Shown here: positions 25,544 to 37,507 of the stretch, in pieces
Position numbering within the stretch: position 1 is the stretch's first letter
Layout of the letters: every line of letters starts with the position of its first letter
Source of the DNA: Octopus sinensis
Taxonomy: Eukaryota
Direction: 5' to 3'
DNA length: 64,000 nt
Assembly (NCBI RefSeq): GCF_006345805.1
Contig: NC_043006.1
Span: forward strand, 21,266,001 to 21,330,000
Notes under the pieces: generated by a model
Databases searched by the model: none
Seen by the model: the letters and a program-made list of their open reading frames with translations, nothing else
What the model was told of the DNA's origin: nothing
Translations under genes and position numbers: made by a program

Positions 25544-25940
25544 CAATCATCTTCTTACGTTACTTTAGTTTTCAATCACAATGCTAATAAAAAGTTCACT
25601 AAAGAGACTACATGTATCCCTAGGGATTCCTCTCACCTCATCTGATATAATGAAATCCAGTAGTCATTTTAGAACAATCTCTTATTTATATATACACATA
25701 TCCACACTCCCAGCAACAAAACATTAACGGAGAATGGACTTAGAGTGAAGTGGTCTGATTTTGGAAGTTAAAGGTAGGTACCTGGGAGGAGAAGTCCGTG
25801 AATATTTTGTTTATTCACAGAATCTACTCTTCGTATTATAACCATCTTCTCTACACCTTAACAACAGCCATCTTCCGGTGAATATTTGGCCAATGGAAAG
25901 CAATTCGCTGTTAATATTATTAGAGAAATTTTCCTGAAAC

Positions 25941-26161
25941 TTTTTTCTTTTTCTTTTACTTGTTTCAGTCATTTGACTGCGGCCATGCTGGAGCACCGCC
26001 TTTAATCGAGCAACTCGACCCCGGGACTTATTCTTTTGTAAGCCCAGTACTTATTCTATCGGTCTCTTTTGCCGAACCGCTAAGTAACGGGAACATAAAC
26101 ACACCAGCATCGGTTGTCAAGCAATGCTAGGGGGACAAACACAGACACACAAACACACACA

Positions 26162-26199
<38 letters not shown>

Positions 26200-26365
26200 T
26201 ACGACGGGCTTCTTCCAGTTTCCGTCTACCAAATCCACTCACAAGGCTTTGGTCGGCCCGAGGCTATAGTAGAAGACACTTGCCCAAGGTGCCACGCAGT
26301 GGGACTGAACCCGGAACCATGCGATTGGTAAACAAGCTACTTACCACACAGCCACTCCTGCGCCT
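25941..26365 (-). mobile_element. SINE family 1, full length
   Basis: Colinear with 23572-23977. Confidence 0.95.
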
Positions 26366-26756
26366 TAAACTTAAAGAACATTTTTTAATCTCACTGTATT
26401 TGCGAAATACTCAATAGCCACAGAGAAACCAATTACAGAACGTAAATCAAATCGGCTGCTGAAAATGATTACTCAATGAAAATCAACAACAGTTCGAAAT
26501 TGTTAAAAAGCTCACCAATCAGAATTAATTGTCGAAAGGGTGAAGTCATTGTCTGTGCGCCTGTAAAGTTTCAAGCAACACAATTATGCATCAAGAACTT
26601 AATAAAAACATTGAAACTCTTCGAAACAAACTGAATGTTTTCCCTGTTTTTATTCTTATACATTTTTATATGTAAGCGTGTGCGCTCGCTTGTGCGTATA
26701 AATAAAAAATGTGTACATATCTTTTATGTTTTACATGTCGCCATCATTAAATTCTT

Positions 26757-26940
26757 TTCTACTCTAGGCACAAGGCCCGAAATTTTGGGGGAGGGAGCCA
26801 GTTGATTACATCGACCCTAGTACGCAACTGGTACTTAATTTATTGACCCTGAAAGGATGAAAGGAAAAGTCGACCTCGGCGGCATTTGAACTCAGAGCAT
26901 AAAGACAGACGAAATATGGGTATGTATTTCGCCCGGTGTG
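26757..26940 (-). mobile_element. SINE family 2-related, older tail type
   Basis: Shared core GTCGACCTCGGCGG..TTTGAACTCAG; tail GCACAAGGCCCGAAATTTT. Confidence 0.8.
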
Positions 26941-27275
26941 CGCGGCTATGTTGGGGGCACCGCCTTGAAGGATTTTAGTCGAACTAATCGATCCCAGTAT
27001 TTATTTTATTTTTAAGTCTGGTACTTATTTATCTATCCCTTTTGCCGTACCGCTAGTTTACGGAATCGTAAATATACCAATACCGGTCGTCAACACACAT
27101 ACACACACACACACATATAAGACGGGCGTGTGTCAGTTTCCATCTACCAGATCCACTCACAAGGCTTTGGTCGACCCAAGGTTACAGAAGACACCCAAGG
27201 TCCCACGCAGTGAGACTGAACCCGGAACCATGTGACTGGAAGGCAACAAACTTCTTACCACACATCCACATCTGC
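26941..27275 (-). mobile_element. SINE family 1, diverged
   Basis: Colinear but more substituted. Confidence 0.8.
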
Positions 27276-27290
27276 ACTAATATATAATAT

Positions 27291-27680
27291 GGATAGATGG
27301 AAGCACTATGTCGGTTACGACGACGAGGGTTCCGGTTGATCCGAATCAACGGAACAGCCTGCTCGTGAAATTAACGTGTAAGTGGCTGAGCACTCCACAG
27401 ACACGTGTACCCTTAACGTAGTTCTCGAGGAGATTCAACGTGACACATTGAGTGACAAGGCCGGCCTTTTGAAATACAGGTACAACAGAAACAGGAAGTA
27501 AGAGTGAGAGAAAGTTGTGGAGAAAGAGTACAGCAGGGATCACCACCATCCCCTGCCGGAGCCTCGTGGAGCTTTAGGTGTTTTCGCTCAATAAACACTC
27601 ACAACGCCCGGTCTGGGAATCGAAACCGCGATCCTATGACCGCGAGTCCGCTGCCCTAACCACTGGGCCATTGCGCCTCC
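27291..27680 (-). mobile_element. SINE family 3, full length
   Basis: 15-bp TSD ACTAATATATAATAT at 27276-27290 and 27681-27695. Confidence 0.95.
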
Positions 27681-27735
27681 ACTAATATATAATATATATG
27701 TATACACACACGACACACACACAAATAAATATATA

Positions 27736-28775
27736 CAGTATCTCAAAGAAGTATGTACACTCCTAAAAGTATCAGTAAAATTACCATTACTCTGACAATA
27801 TCGAAGGAAATCAAACGAAATTTATACTGAGTATATTATACATGCAAACATTATACACATTTGGAAAACAAAAAATATACATTTTCAAAGATATGAATGA
27901 AATATTAGTTTCCAAACATTGCAAGAATATGTACACCCTAGAGGAAATTTGCTATATTCAATATTTTATCTACTAAATTCAGATATTGCTGATAATTTCA
28001 ATTCTAATAAATTATTTCTCCTGGCATTTTTGCACTGGTCGTTGTTATTGCATCTGCAGTAATTCTGATTTGTGTACCGTTGTGGAAATTTTCTTCATTG
28101 TGATTAAAATGACACCAAAGGAAAAGAAGTGTCTGAAGATTTGAAAAAAATTATTTTTAATTCGCACAAGAATGGTTTAGGATACAAGTGTCAATTAGCG
28201 AAGAATACATATTAGCGTAAACACAGTTACCAAAGTAATTCAGAAGTACAAAGCTACTGGACGGCTAAGCAATATCTTTCAGGTCGTCTTTTTATTTTAA
28301 CTGCGCATGATATTCGCCACATCCAACGTTGTGTGATGGGCGAAAGGCGACGTACCGCTTCATCTTTGGCCCAAGAAGTGTCTTCTATTAGTGGAAAGAG
28401 AGAATTCGTCCAAATAGTTTAAACCAGTGTGGTCTTCAGGGACGCATCCCTCGTAGGAAGCCTCTCCTCACTATCATGCATAAACCAAGTCATCTTTCTT
28501 CTGCCGAAACCTATGTAAAGGGAAGGAGTTTGGGAGTAAAATTCTTTTTTTCTGACGAGACTAAAACTAACTTGTTTGGATCAAAAGGTGAAGATAAAGC
28601 GACAAATTCACCATCGGTGCCCACCATGAAACACAGCGGTAGAAATGTTATGCTTTGGGGATACATGAGTGCAGTTGGTGTGGGAAGACTTACATTTATT
28701 GGAGAACAATGGATTCAAGGCTTTATTGTGACATACTGCAGAGAACAATGCTTATTACTTATCGTTTATAAAATT
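27736..28775 (+). mobile_element. Tc1-family transposon, left half, pseudogenised
   Basis: TA then CAGTATCTCAAAGAAGTATGTACAC TIR with an inner direct repeat near 27930; GKEVSEDLKK...GRIPRRKPLL...FFSDETKTNLFGS...TMKHSGRNVMLWGYMSAVGVGRL; no right TIR found. Confidence 0.85.
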
Positions 28776-29127
28776 ATTTGCGAAAAAAGTACTTATTATT
28801 ATTATTATTGTTGTTATTATTATTATTCTATGTTTGACTTTTGCTTTATATTTGTACAAGTTGGCTCCAAGTCTCAACCAGAGACCTCAAGAGACAACAG
28901 GTTGGAAGTTCGTGTTGTTGTTATGCCTAGTGTACCATATATTTGGTTTTGTACATAGTGTTGTACTAGTGAATGTCTAAAAAAAAAAGCATGCGAAAAT
29001 TGTTTGTTTTAAAACTTGAGATTACATAGAAAGTATTTTGCGTAGGATAAGAGGAGTTTCCATGAGCACTATCTTTTGAATTTCTGCCATTTTGGGGTTT
29101 CCTGGTATCTGAGTTAGGTAGCCATCA

Positions 29128-29277
29128 GCACGCAACTAGTACTTAACTTACCGACCACCGGAAGGATAAAAGGCAAAATCGACCTCGGCGGAATTTGAAC
29201 TCAGAACATGGAGACAGACGAAATACCGCTAAGCATTACGCCCGGCGTGCTAACGTTTCTACCCGCTCGCCGCCTTA
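29128..29277 (-). mobile_element. SINE family 2, 5' part
   Basis: Ends GCTCGCCGCC, the reverse complement of the head. Confidence 0.85.
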
Positions 29278-29324
29278 ACGAAATGATATTATTAACCTTT
29301 TACTGTAGGATATCATTTATCTTT

Positions 29325-29760
29325 TCCTAGTTTTAGTTATAGGACTGCGGCCATACTGGAGCTCTGCCTTGAAGTGTTCAGCTGAATAAATTGAGAGTAG
29401 TACTTGTTTTCAAAGCCTGGTACTTAGTCTATTGGTTGTCTTTTACTGCACTGCTAAGTTAGGAGCCTAAACAAACCAAGATCATATGTCAAGTAGTGGT
29501 GGCAAACAAACACAGATACACACACATATATGTTCTTGTATTCTTTTATCATATTTTTTAATTGCTTCAGTCATTTGACTGCACCGCCTTAAACGAACAA
29601 ATTCATCACAAGACTAATAATTTGTAAACCTAGTACTTATGCTATCAGTAACTTTTACCAGACTGCTAAGTTACGGAGGCCGTAATGCTAAGTTATGGGG
29701 ACAAAAACACACCAACATCGGTTGTCAAGCGATGGTAGACGTACAAACACAAACATACAA
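29325..29760 (-). mobile_element. Two degenerate 3' fragments of SINE family 1
   Basis: GACTGCGGCCATACTGGAGC and TTCAGTCATTTGACTGCACCGCC tails. Confidence 0.65.
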
Positions 29761-30117
29761 ATACATGCATAGCTAGATATATATGTACCCCAACCCTCAG
29801 CCTAACCCACACCCCACCCGTGCTTTCCCCATTCACGCCTTCCACCTCCCAACAACATCACACCACACCACACCACACTACACCATACAACATTACACAT
29901 CACATCACAACACACCATCCACACACCAGCACTGACCAATTCCCATCTCCACATTTTCACACCTACGCATACACGCACGCACACGTCAAAACCATCAGCC
30001 CTCTTTCACACGCACATACGTACTCTCTAATACACACACGCACCTTCGTTTTTTTTGGTGGGGGGTCACTCCCCTGTGTGACCCTTCTGTCTGGCAGTTG
30101 CCATGATAGATTGGTAG

Positions 30118-30290
30118 CCACTACACACATTTTTTTTCTCTCGTTTTTTTTTCTGTGTCCCTCTCTGTAGAAGAGCGTAGCCTCGAAACGTAAAAGACTT
30201 TCTTCAATTCCTGAGTGTTATACTATTACATCTTTTTGTTTTCTACATCACTTGTCTTCGTCTTTTGTTTTTTCGTGGACTATCCTATAT
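30118..30290 (+). mobile_element. Family C short Penelope-like element
   Basis: Homologous to 32365-32570, 41415-41600 and 49378-49545; ends in (TA)n; hammerhead-like motif at 30162-30197. Confidence 0.75.
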
Positions 30291-30329
30291 ATATATATAT
30301 ATATACTAGTATATGTATATATATATATA

Positions 30330-30955
30330 TAATTTCAACAATTGAGGGTAAAATAATTAATTAATCAATTTCACCAAGTATTCAGTATGCAAAGGGACCA
30401 TTTAAGGTGAATTCAAATTATTACATTATTACATACTGAATACTTGGTGAAATTGATTAATTAATTAATTTTACCCTCAATTGTTGAAATTATAATTCAT
30501 CTCTCTCTATATAATGCCTTGGACTTTACCGAAAAAAGCATAGTGTTTACTGATTTTAACCCACGCTGGTGGAAAGGGGAGAGCAGAAATTCTTCGCTTG
30601 CATTTTTGAGTTTGTTGGCACTGTTAGTGTCGAGCAGATCTTCAGAAGCGAGAAGAAGCCGAAAGGGTATGCTCCCACTTTCAGTGTTTTCAAATCCAAA
30701 CCAGGGAGTTCTGAGCTGATGATAGAAATGTCGAGTTTGACTAATCTTGAAACGTACGTTCTCAAATAACCTTTGCATTTGATTTTTTAATGTCTCTACC
30801 CCCATACTTCCGTGAGTTGAATGAGCAAACACTATATGAGAGAGGTTTTTCTTTAAGTATTAGAAATAGTTTTAGAAAAGTTTTTTTTGGCTGCTATTTC
30901 TAATGAGTTCAGTATGCGGCAAAGTAATTTATTTTACTAAGCCCTTTTATATAAT
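30330..30955 (+). mobile_element. Family A Penelope-like/retrozyme unit with ~100-bp inverted 5' arm
   Basis: 30331-30390 is the reverse complement of 30431-30490; (TA)n on both sides; homologous to 47.9-48.9 kb. Confidence 0.85.
30712..30764 (+). ncRNA. Type I hammerhead ribozyme motif, canonical core
   Basis: TGAG-CTGATGA(30716-22)-T-AGA-AAT-GTC-GAGTTT-GAC-TAA-TCT-T-GAAA(30749-52)-CGTACG-T-T(30760)-CTCA; stem III palindrome ACGTACGT. Confidence 0.75.
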
Positions 30956-31189
30956 ATATATATTATATATATTGATTTTGATTTTTGATTTTTCCAGTTT
31001 CAGCTAATGAGCTGTGGCCATGCTGGGGCACCGTCATTTGACATATATATATATTTAGTATATATATATATATATATAAAATTTAATAAGGGTAGAAATT
31101 GATATTAGTCTATTAAAACCAGTGGCCCAGCATATTAAAAAGAATCCGAAGATTTTTGTATGTAAAAATATTTTAATCTTCGGATTCTT

Positions 31190-31294
<105 letters not shown>

Positions 31295-32202
31295 GTGTAT
31301 GTGTATGTACGTATGTATATATATATATATTATATATATATATGTATGTATATAAAAATTAGTGTACATTTAAGTACAAAGAGGCGAGCCTTAACAGGTT
31401 GCCTAACATACTAGAAAGAACAGTCAAAAAGTCCAAACCACAGTGAAATTATGTATATGTATATATACATATGCATGTACATATACGCATGAAGAGAGGG
31501 AGTGAGAGAGACATGTGGGGGAAAGAGAGAAAGAGAGAGAAATAAAGAGGGAGAGAGAGGGGATTGAGAGCGAGAAAGAGAGAGAGAAAAGAAAGAAAGA
31601 CTTTTCTTTCAAACTACTTATTGAATTAACGACTGAGCGGTCGAGTTTAATTTTCTCTAATGAGTTTTCACTTTTCCTTATCAGTTGTTTTCCTTTCGTT
31701 TACAACCATATCGTTCTTAAATTCTTATTCTTATATTCTCAAAAAATATGGTAGACAATAGTGGCGCTTCTACTGCAACGTTTTTGTGGGGGGAATGAGA
31801 TTGTAAATTGATAATTTCAACTTTGCTGCGTTTGCTGCATGTTTGATTTGATGTTTGGTTATTTTCGACCTTTCTAGGCAGAGATAACACAATTTTTCTG
31901 ATTAATCAATATTTCCATTCCGTTGTGTTTTTATCCAATCATTCTTCTATTCCTGCACACTGCATATAATATTTAATCATTCGTTATCTCAATTAAATTA
32001 CAAAATAATGAAAGAAGCCAACAACAAAATTCAATTTATCGTGTATTGAACTTCGGAATTTTGTTCTGTAAGAATAATATGATTTCGACCTAATATTAAA
32101 GTTATCATAAAACTTAAGGGAAACAAATTATATATCCCTGTATGGTTTGCTTATTAACTTAATATTTACCACTATCAAATCCATTGATATATATATAATT
32201 GA

Positions 32203-32285
32203 AGGCACGGTTGTTTGTTGTTCAACAAGTTAGCTTCCGAATCATATGGTTTGGGCTCATTCCCACTGCACGGCACCCTGGGTAG
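32203..32285 (+). mobile_element. Degenerate SINE family 1 head fragment
   Basis: CCCACTGCACGGCACCCTGGG resembles the family 1 post-head segment. Confidence 0.5.
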
Positions 32286-32364
32286 ATCCATGTAAGTTGA
32301 AATAATCGATCGAGCTTGAAAAGGAGCTAAACATATGTGTGTGTGTGTATGTATATTTATATTT

Positions 32365-32570
32365 ATATATAAAGGGAAAATTTACGAAAATAAACAAAAG
32401 ACGAAGGCAGGTGGAGTACAAACAAACAAATGTATTAGTATGGCGCTCGGGAATAGAAAAAGTCTTTTACGTTTCGAGTCTACGCTCTTCGACAGAAAGA
32501 TACACAGAAAAAAACGAGGAGAGAAACAAGGAGGGAAAAAAATGCGTGTAGTGGCTAACGCTCTATCATG
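32365..32570 (-). mobile_element. Family C short Penelope-like element
   Basis: Reverse complement of 41415-41600; between TA tracts. Confidence 0.8.
32463..32500 (-). ncRNA. Minimal hammerhead-like motif (A6U core variant)
   Basis: TCTTT-CTGTCGA-A-GAG(CGTAGA)CTC-GAAA-CG-T-A-AAAGA. Confidence 0.5.
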
Positions 32571-32592
32571 TACATATATATATATATATATA

Positions 32593-33654
32593 CTAGCATT
32601 AAAGACCCGTCTTTGCTGGGTCATAGTGCTAGTGCATGTATATATGTGTATATATATGTGTACATATTACATGTACATCTATATATATACATCTACACAT
32701 AAAATACAAAATACACAAAGTTATATCTTGATATCGCTAGTGATAACAATACTCAAAATATATAACAGACTGGAATTGTTAGCCCGTCTCTTGTAATTTC
32801 GATCAATTGTGTCTTGTTCTCCCTCTTGTATAGAAGTGTGGCTACAATCCAGCCTACCTCCACTTCTGGGGGGGGGGGGCATTTTAAATCTTTTTCCGGG
32901 ACGTCCTACGTCTCAGATATAAAGGTAAAAATAAAATATTTCCACTTTGCAAGTTCGAGTCGAGTACTCCCTTGCACGCTCCGTTGACTCGAACCTTGCT
33001 TCTATTGTGGAGAATTTACTGCCTCTGATTAGATACCTTTCATAGTCGCACGAAGACACTTTTCGAAGGTGCTTTCCTCCATGTGTTCAAATCTTTTTTC
33101 TCTACATTGTATACTTTATAGACAATAGTCTTTTCTTTAATTTAATTTTTTATTATCCATCTGGACTATTCCATTTCTGCACGCTAATTTTATTTTTAAT
33201 TTATTCCCATTCATGTGAAACCACTTATTCAAGTTCAAATCATTGATGAAATTGTATACCAATTGCTATTTTTACTTTTGTTATGTTACTTTAGTTTGAT
33301 TTTAATTATTACTTACTACATATAATTCAATTGTTATTATTGCTATGGGCTCGCTCTAGGCAAGAAGCTGAACATTTTGCCCATGAAACTACATGGACCC
33401 TAAGTAAGGCATGTGTAAAATTTGAATGGAATTAGTTGTGTAGTTCTCAAGTTTTAGGGAATCGTAGTGGAGAAGATATGATATTGCTGTGGGCTCGCCC
33501 TAGGTAAAAAGTTAAAAATTGTTTTTGCCAGTGACACTCCCCGGACCCTAAGTAAGGCATGTGTAAAATTTGAATGAAATTAGTTGTGTAGTTCTCAAGT
33601 TTTAGGGAAACACACTGACAGACAGACACACATTCTCAGTTTATATATATAAAG

Positions 33655-33655
<1 letters not shown>
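32593..33655 (-). mobile_element. Non-autonomous Helitron
   Basis: Minus-strand 5' TCTTTATATATATAAAC, 3' hairpin GACCCAGCAAAGACGGGTC then CTAG; ~120-bp internal duplication at about 33345-33470 and 33488-33610. Confidence 0.8.
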
Positions 33656-33695
<40 letters not shown>

Positions 33696-33774
33696 CGTGT
33701 GTCTGTCTGTGTGTGTGTGTGTGTGTATGTGTGTGTGTATAAATATATGTATATATATATATGTATGTTGTTAT

Positions 33775-34550
33775 AAGGGATAATCTAAGTAAAAGAAAAA
33801 TGAAAGAAATGGTTAGTTTTATTAGTAATAATTCGACTGTAATGTTTGCGGGTAGAGTGTTTGAGCAGATTAGGGGAATTCCAATGGGTGACAATTGTAG
33901 CCCTTTATTGGTGGACCTTTTTCTTTCTTCATGTCCAAAATACTTGAATGTATGCTGAGAGATTGTCTTAGCCCGTTTGCCTTCGGACGGTTGATTTGTG
34001 TAGTTATCATCATTGTATTTTAGCGATTTAAATACGAGTTTTGTCTGTTATTTCCTGCAGGTCGATATACTTTAATTAATTTTGATTTTAATCCTTAAGC
34101 TACTTAATGTTTTGGGGGTCCCTGCAATCGCCTTTATTATTGATTCTGTTATTATCAGTTTTAAATTGTTCCACTAGATATTAATAGATTCAATGATATC
34201 TTCGCGAAAATTTTTCTCCTGAATTATTTGCTCCGTATTGAAACTATTTTCACACTGGTGACAGCCATGATTCGGCGCAAAACGAATCAGTTGCAGCGCA
34301 GATTTCTGAGTGACGGGTTGGGGTTCTCCATCATGGTAACGCGTACTGAGGAAGGTGAGGCTATAATTCCAGTCCAGAAACCGGTCCACGAGAGTCCAAA
34401 ATACTTGAATGCATGCTGAGAGATAGTCTTAAGCCCGTTTGCTTTCGCTCGGTTGATTTCTGTTGTTATGATTTATGTATTTTAGCGGTTTAAATAAGAG
34501 ATTTGACTGTTATTTCCAGCAGGTACACTTACTTAGTTTGTCTTTTGATT
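33775..34550 (+). mobile_element. Penelope-like retroelement remnant: RT fragment plus two pseudo-LTR copies
   Basis: VFEQIRGIPMGDNCSPLLVDLFL (33857-33925) matches the QxxGxPMG..SP RT motif of Penelope-like elements; direct repeat 33933-34062 and 34394-34525. Confidence 0.75.
34342..34390 (+). ncRNA. Type I hammerhead ribozyme motif (GUC triplet)
   Basis: CGTA-CTGAGGA(34346-52)-A-GG...CC-A-GAAA(34377-80)-CCGG-T-C(34386)-CACG; palindrome ACCGGT; first stem I pair mismatched. Confidence 0.6.
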
Positions 34551-34589
34551 AATTTTAATGTGTGTGTGTGGAGGACAATTTTAACACGA

Positions 34590-34625
<36 letters not shown>

Positions 34626-34629
<4 letters not shown>

Positions 34630-34735
34630 GGACTTCATTCAGTTTCCGTCTAACAAAACCACTCACAAGGATTTAGTCGGCCTAAGGCTATAGCTGAAGA
34701 CATTTGCCCAAGGTGCCGCGCACTGAGACCGAGCT
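34626..34735 (-). mobile_element. SINE family 1 fragment
   Basis: TTCAGTTTCCGTCTAACAAAACCACTCACAAGG...TTGCCCAAGGTGCC. Confidence 0.7.
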
Positions 34736-34885
34736 AGGATGTGATTACCGTGTACGTAAGTATATGATCTAAGGAGAACTCTAGCATGTTATATTTTAAA
34801 TAACCGTTAATAGATTTAACGTCAAAGGTTATTTAGAGGAAGAGAAAGACAGAAATTAACAGAAAATTAAGAGTGGGAAAATATA

Positions 34886-35100
34886 TATTTCTTTACTACC
34901 CACGAGGGGCTAAACGCAGAGGGGACAAACGAGGACAGACAAACGGATCAAGTCGATTATATCGACCCCAGTGCGTAACTGGTACTTAATTTATCGACCC
35001 CGAAAGGATGAAAGGCAAAGTCGACCACGGCGGAATTTGAACTCAGAACGTAACGGCAGACGAAATACGGCTACGCATTTCGCCCGGCGTGCTAACGTTT
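34886..35100 (-). mobile_element. SINE family 2, head truncated
   Basis: Colinear with 17087-17323; followed by a 13-bp tandem at 35101-35153. Confidence 0.9.
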
Positions 35101-35869
35101 ATATAGTGGGAAAATATAGTGGGAAAATATAGTGGGAAAATATAGTGGGAAAGCTGAATGGGAATAGAGTTTAAAAGTGTGGAAATAGATATATGTAGTT
35201 GAAAGGAAATTTAAAAAGACAGTTAAAGGTCAAATTTCATAGATTGGTATAAATTACTGATAGGAACCAAAGGTATGTCTTTGCCAGTGCTTACAACGAT
35301 AAACGCGTTCTTTATACATGTTTACAAAAGCATTCTTTGAGAAACAGATGAAAAATCGTTCTTCGTTACAGAGCGGACAAAAACATTTACCTTTGTCATT
35401 TGGGAAGGATCTAGATGGAATTTTCCATTCAAAACCATATTGATTGTTAAGTTCCTTTAAAGACCAAATTAATTTACTAAACCCAGTATTGTTGCGTTTT
35501 TTCATATGTCTAAATGTAGAATAATAGTTAGATATTATTTTCGACAACTGAGACGATAAAAATGATATCGGAACCGGAAGTAATTTTACATTGGTAAACA
35601 GAGTTTCCAGTATACACACGCGCGCGCGCGAACACGCACGCAGACATGTATTGTGTTGAGTCACAAATTTTGCAATATTTTGATAATTTATTTTCTTTAT
35701 TTGTCAAGTTACAACAAAAGCTAACATTCAATGTAGAGGCGATGGTGTTGCACCGTCTCAGGCTACCTTTCTGCCAGTTCGTTGATCCCACGCCGATGCC
35801 AGTTCCTGTCGTTCGAGGTGAAGAGCTTTTCTCAAGCTTCCACTTCTTCTTGGTTAATGAAACATCACG

Positions 35870-36240
35870 AGCGCAGGAAATGTGCCAAGGGTTGCACATA
35901 AACTGGTTAAACAAGGATGGAACGTGTCACCAATCATGGGCGTTTCGAACAGAATGTGATGCTCTGCGTCTGACGGAATTATGACGGGATAACTCGTTAC
36001 GAGTTCATTCTGCAGAGTGTCAAACCATCGATACCAACCTGTACTCCAAACAGCTGGTGCAGATGTATGCCATTGTGCGGAAAAGTACCCACGATTGGCT
36101 CAAAGAGATTGGTTCAAAGAGATTGGTTCAAAGAAAGTCAGCTCTTTTGCAGTATGACAACGCAAAACCTCATACCGCTAGGACAACACAGAATAAACTC
36201 CAAGAACTTGAGAGAATCAAACTTATGCCACACCCGACAG
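35870..36240 (+). mobile_element. Mariner catalytic-domain remnant
   Basis: VMLCV*RNYDGITRYEF...SALLQYDNAKPHTARTTQNKLQEL...MPHP. Confidence 0.8.
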
Positions 36241-36567
36241 GACATATAGTCCGGATATAGCTCCCTCACTTTATTACTTGTTCTGATGCATGGGACATCG
36301 GACAAAATGTTTCCTGCTGAATAGGTAAAATTAAGAAGGTTGCGTAGCGTCACATTAAATAATGAGATCCAAAAATCAAACGGAAACAACAAAAGAACAA
36401 AAGGAAAACTAACATGCGAAACACAGTCATTGATCATTCCTCGTCAGTTATCGTCCAAAAAGTCCCTATATTTGCACACTTCTAATGATGTTCTACATTT
36501 TGGTGGCGTCAACAGTGAGAAGCTGCTAAGAATAACGAGCCAGCACTAAGAGCAGTGTACATATATG

Positions 36568-36851
36568 TATTTCCAGGGTTCAGTCCCACTTCGTGGTACT
36601 TTGGGTAAGTGTCTTCTACTATAGCCTCGAGCCGACCAAAGCCTTGTGAGTGGATTTGGTAGATACAAACGGAAACTAGCGGTGTTTCGTCTGCCGTTAC
36701 GTTCTGAGTTCAAATTTCGCCGAGGTCGACTTTGCCTTTCATCCTTTCGGGGTTGATAAATTAAGTACCAGTTAACCTCCTTGTTTGTCCCCTCTATGTT
36801 TAGCCCCTTGTGGGCAATACAGAAATAAGAAACTGAAAGAAGCCCAACGTA
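36568..36851 (+). mobile_element. SINE family 1 fragment with a nested family 2 insertion (36678-36828)
   Basis: Host reads GGAAACT|GAAAGAAGCCC across the insert; 6-bp TSD GAAACT at 36672-36677 and 36829-36834. Confidence 0.8.
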
Positions 36852-37507
36852 TACAGCCAAAAGTATTAGACCACCCCAATGTTTTGGGGTTCTGCTATCT
36901 CAATGTTAATGAAACTCGTGCACATGGTAGATTATGGTATATTTCACAATTTACATTAGTTTTACTATCTGGTTGACCCTCCTTTAGCATTAATTACTGC
37001 TTTTATAAGGTTAGGTATTGAATCAACTAGTTTCTTGCAGGTTCTAGGCGCAATTTTACTACATTCTTCTTTCAAAGTTTGGTACAAATGCTCTTTATTT
37101 TTAATTGTTGTGTTCCTGATAGCTTCACCAAGAGTTCCCCATAGGTGTTCAATCGGATTTAGATCGGGACTTTGAAATGGCCAGTTCATGGGAACAATAC
37201 CCTGTGTCTCAAACCATTGATGAGTATTATTTTCAATATGACCAATGCTGTATATAACTCTGTTTTTCGACACTCCTGGATGCAATTTAGCAATTGATGG
37301 CTTTAAAACATCTGATAACATAGAAACATAGGTAGCTGAATATATCTTTCCCTGACATAAAAATATTTCTCCGGGTCCTGTAGCAGACATGCAGGCCCAC
37401 ATCAGGATAGAACCACTCCCATGTTTTATGGTTGGTGCCAGACATTCAACCTTAAATGCTTCCCCAACTCTGCGATGCACGAAAGTCGCACCACATGTAC
37501 CAGAAAG

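Noticed and set aside
30497-30832. 111-aa minus-strand ORF as a GIY-YIG endonuclease end
   Set aside because: It lies antisense to the hammerhead strand, is not maintained in the 47-48 kb copies, and resembles the family only weakly.
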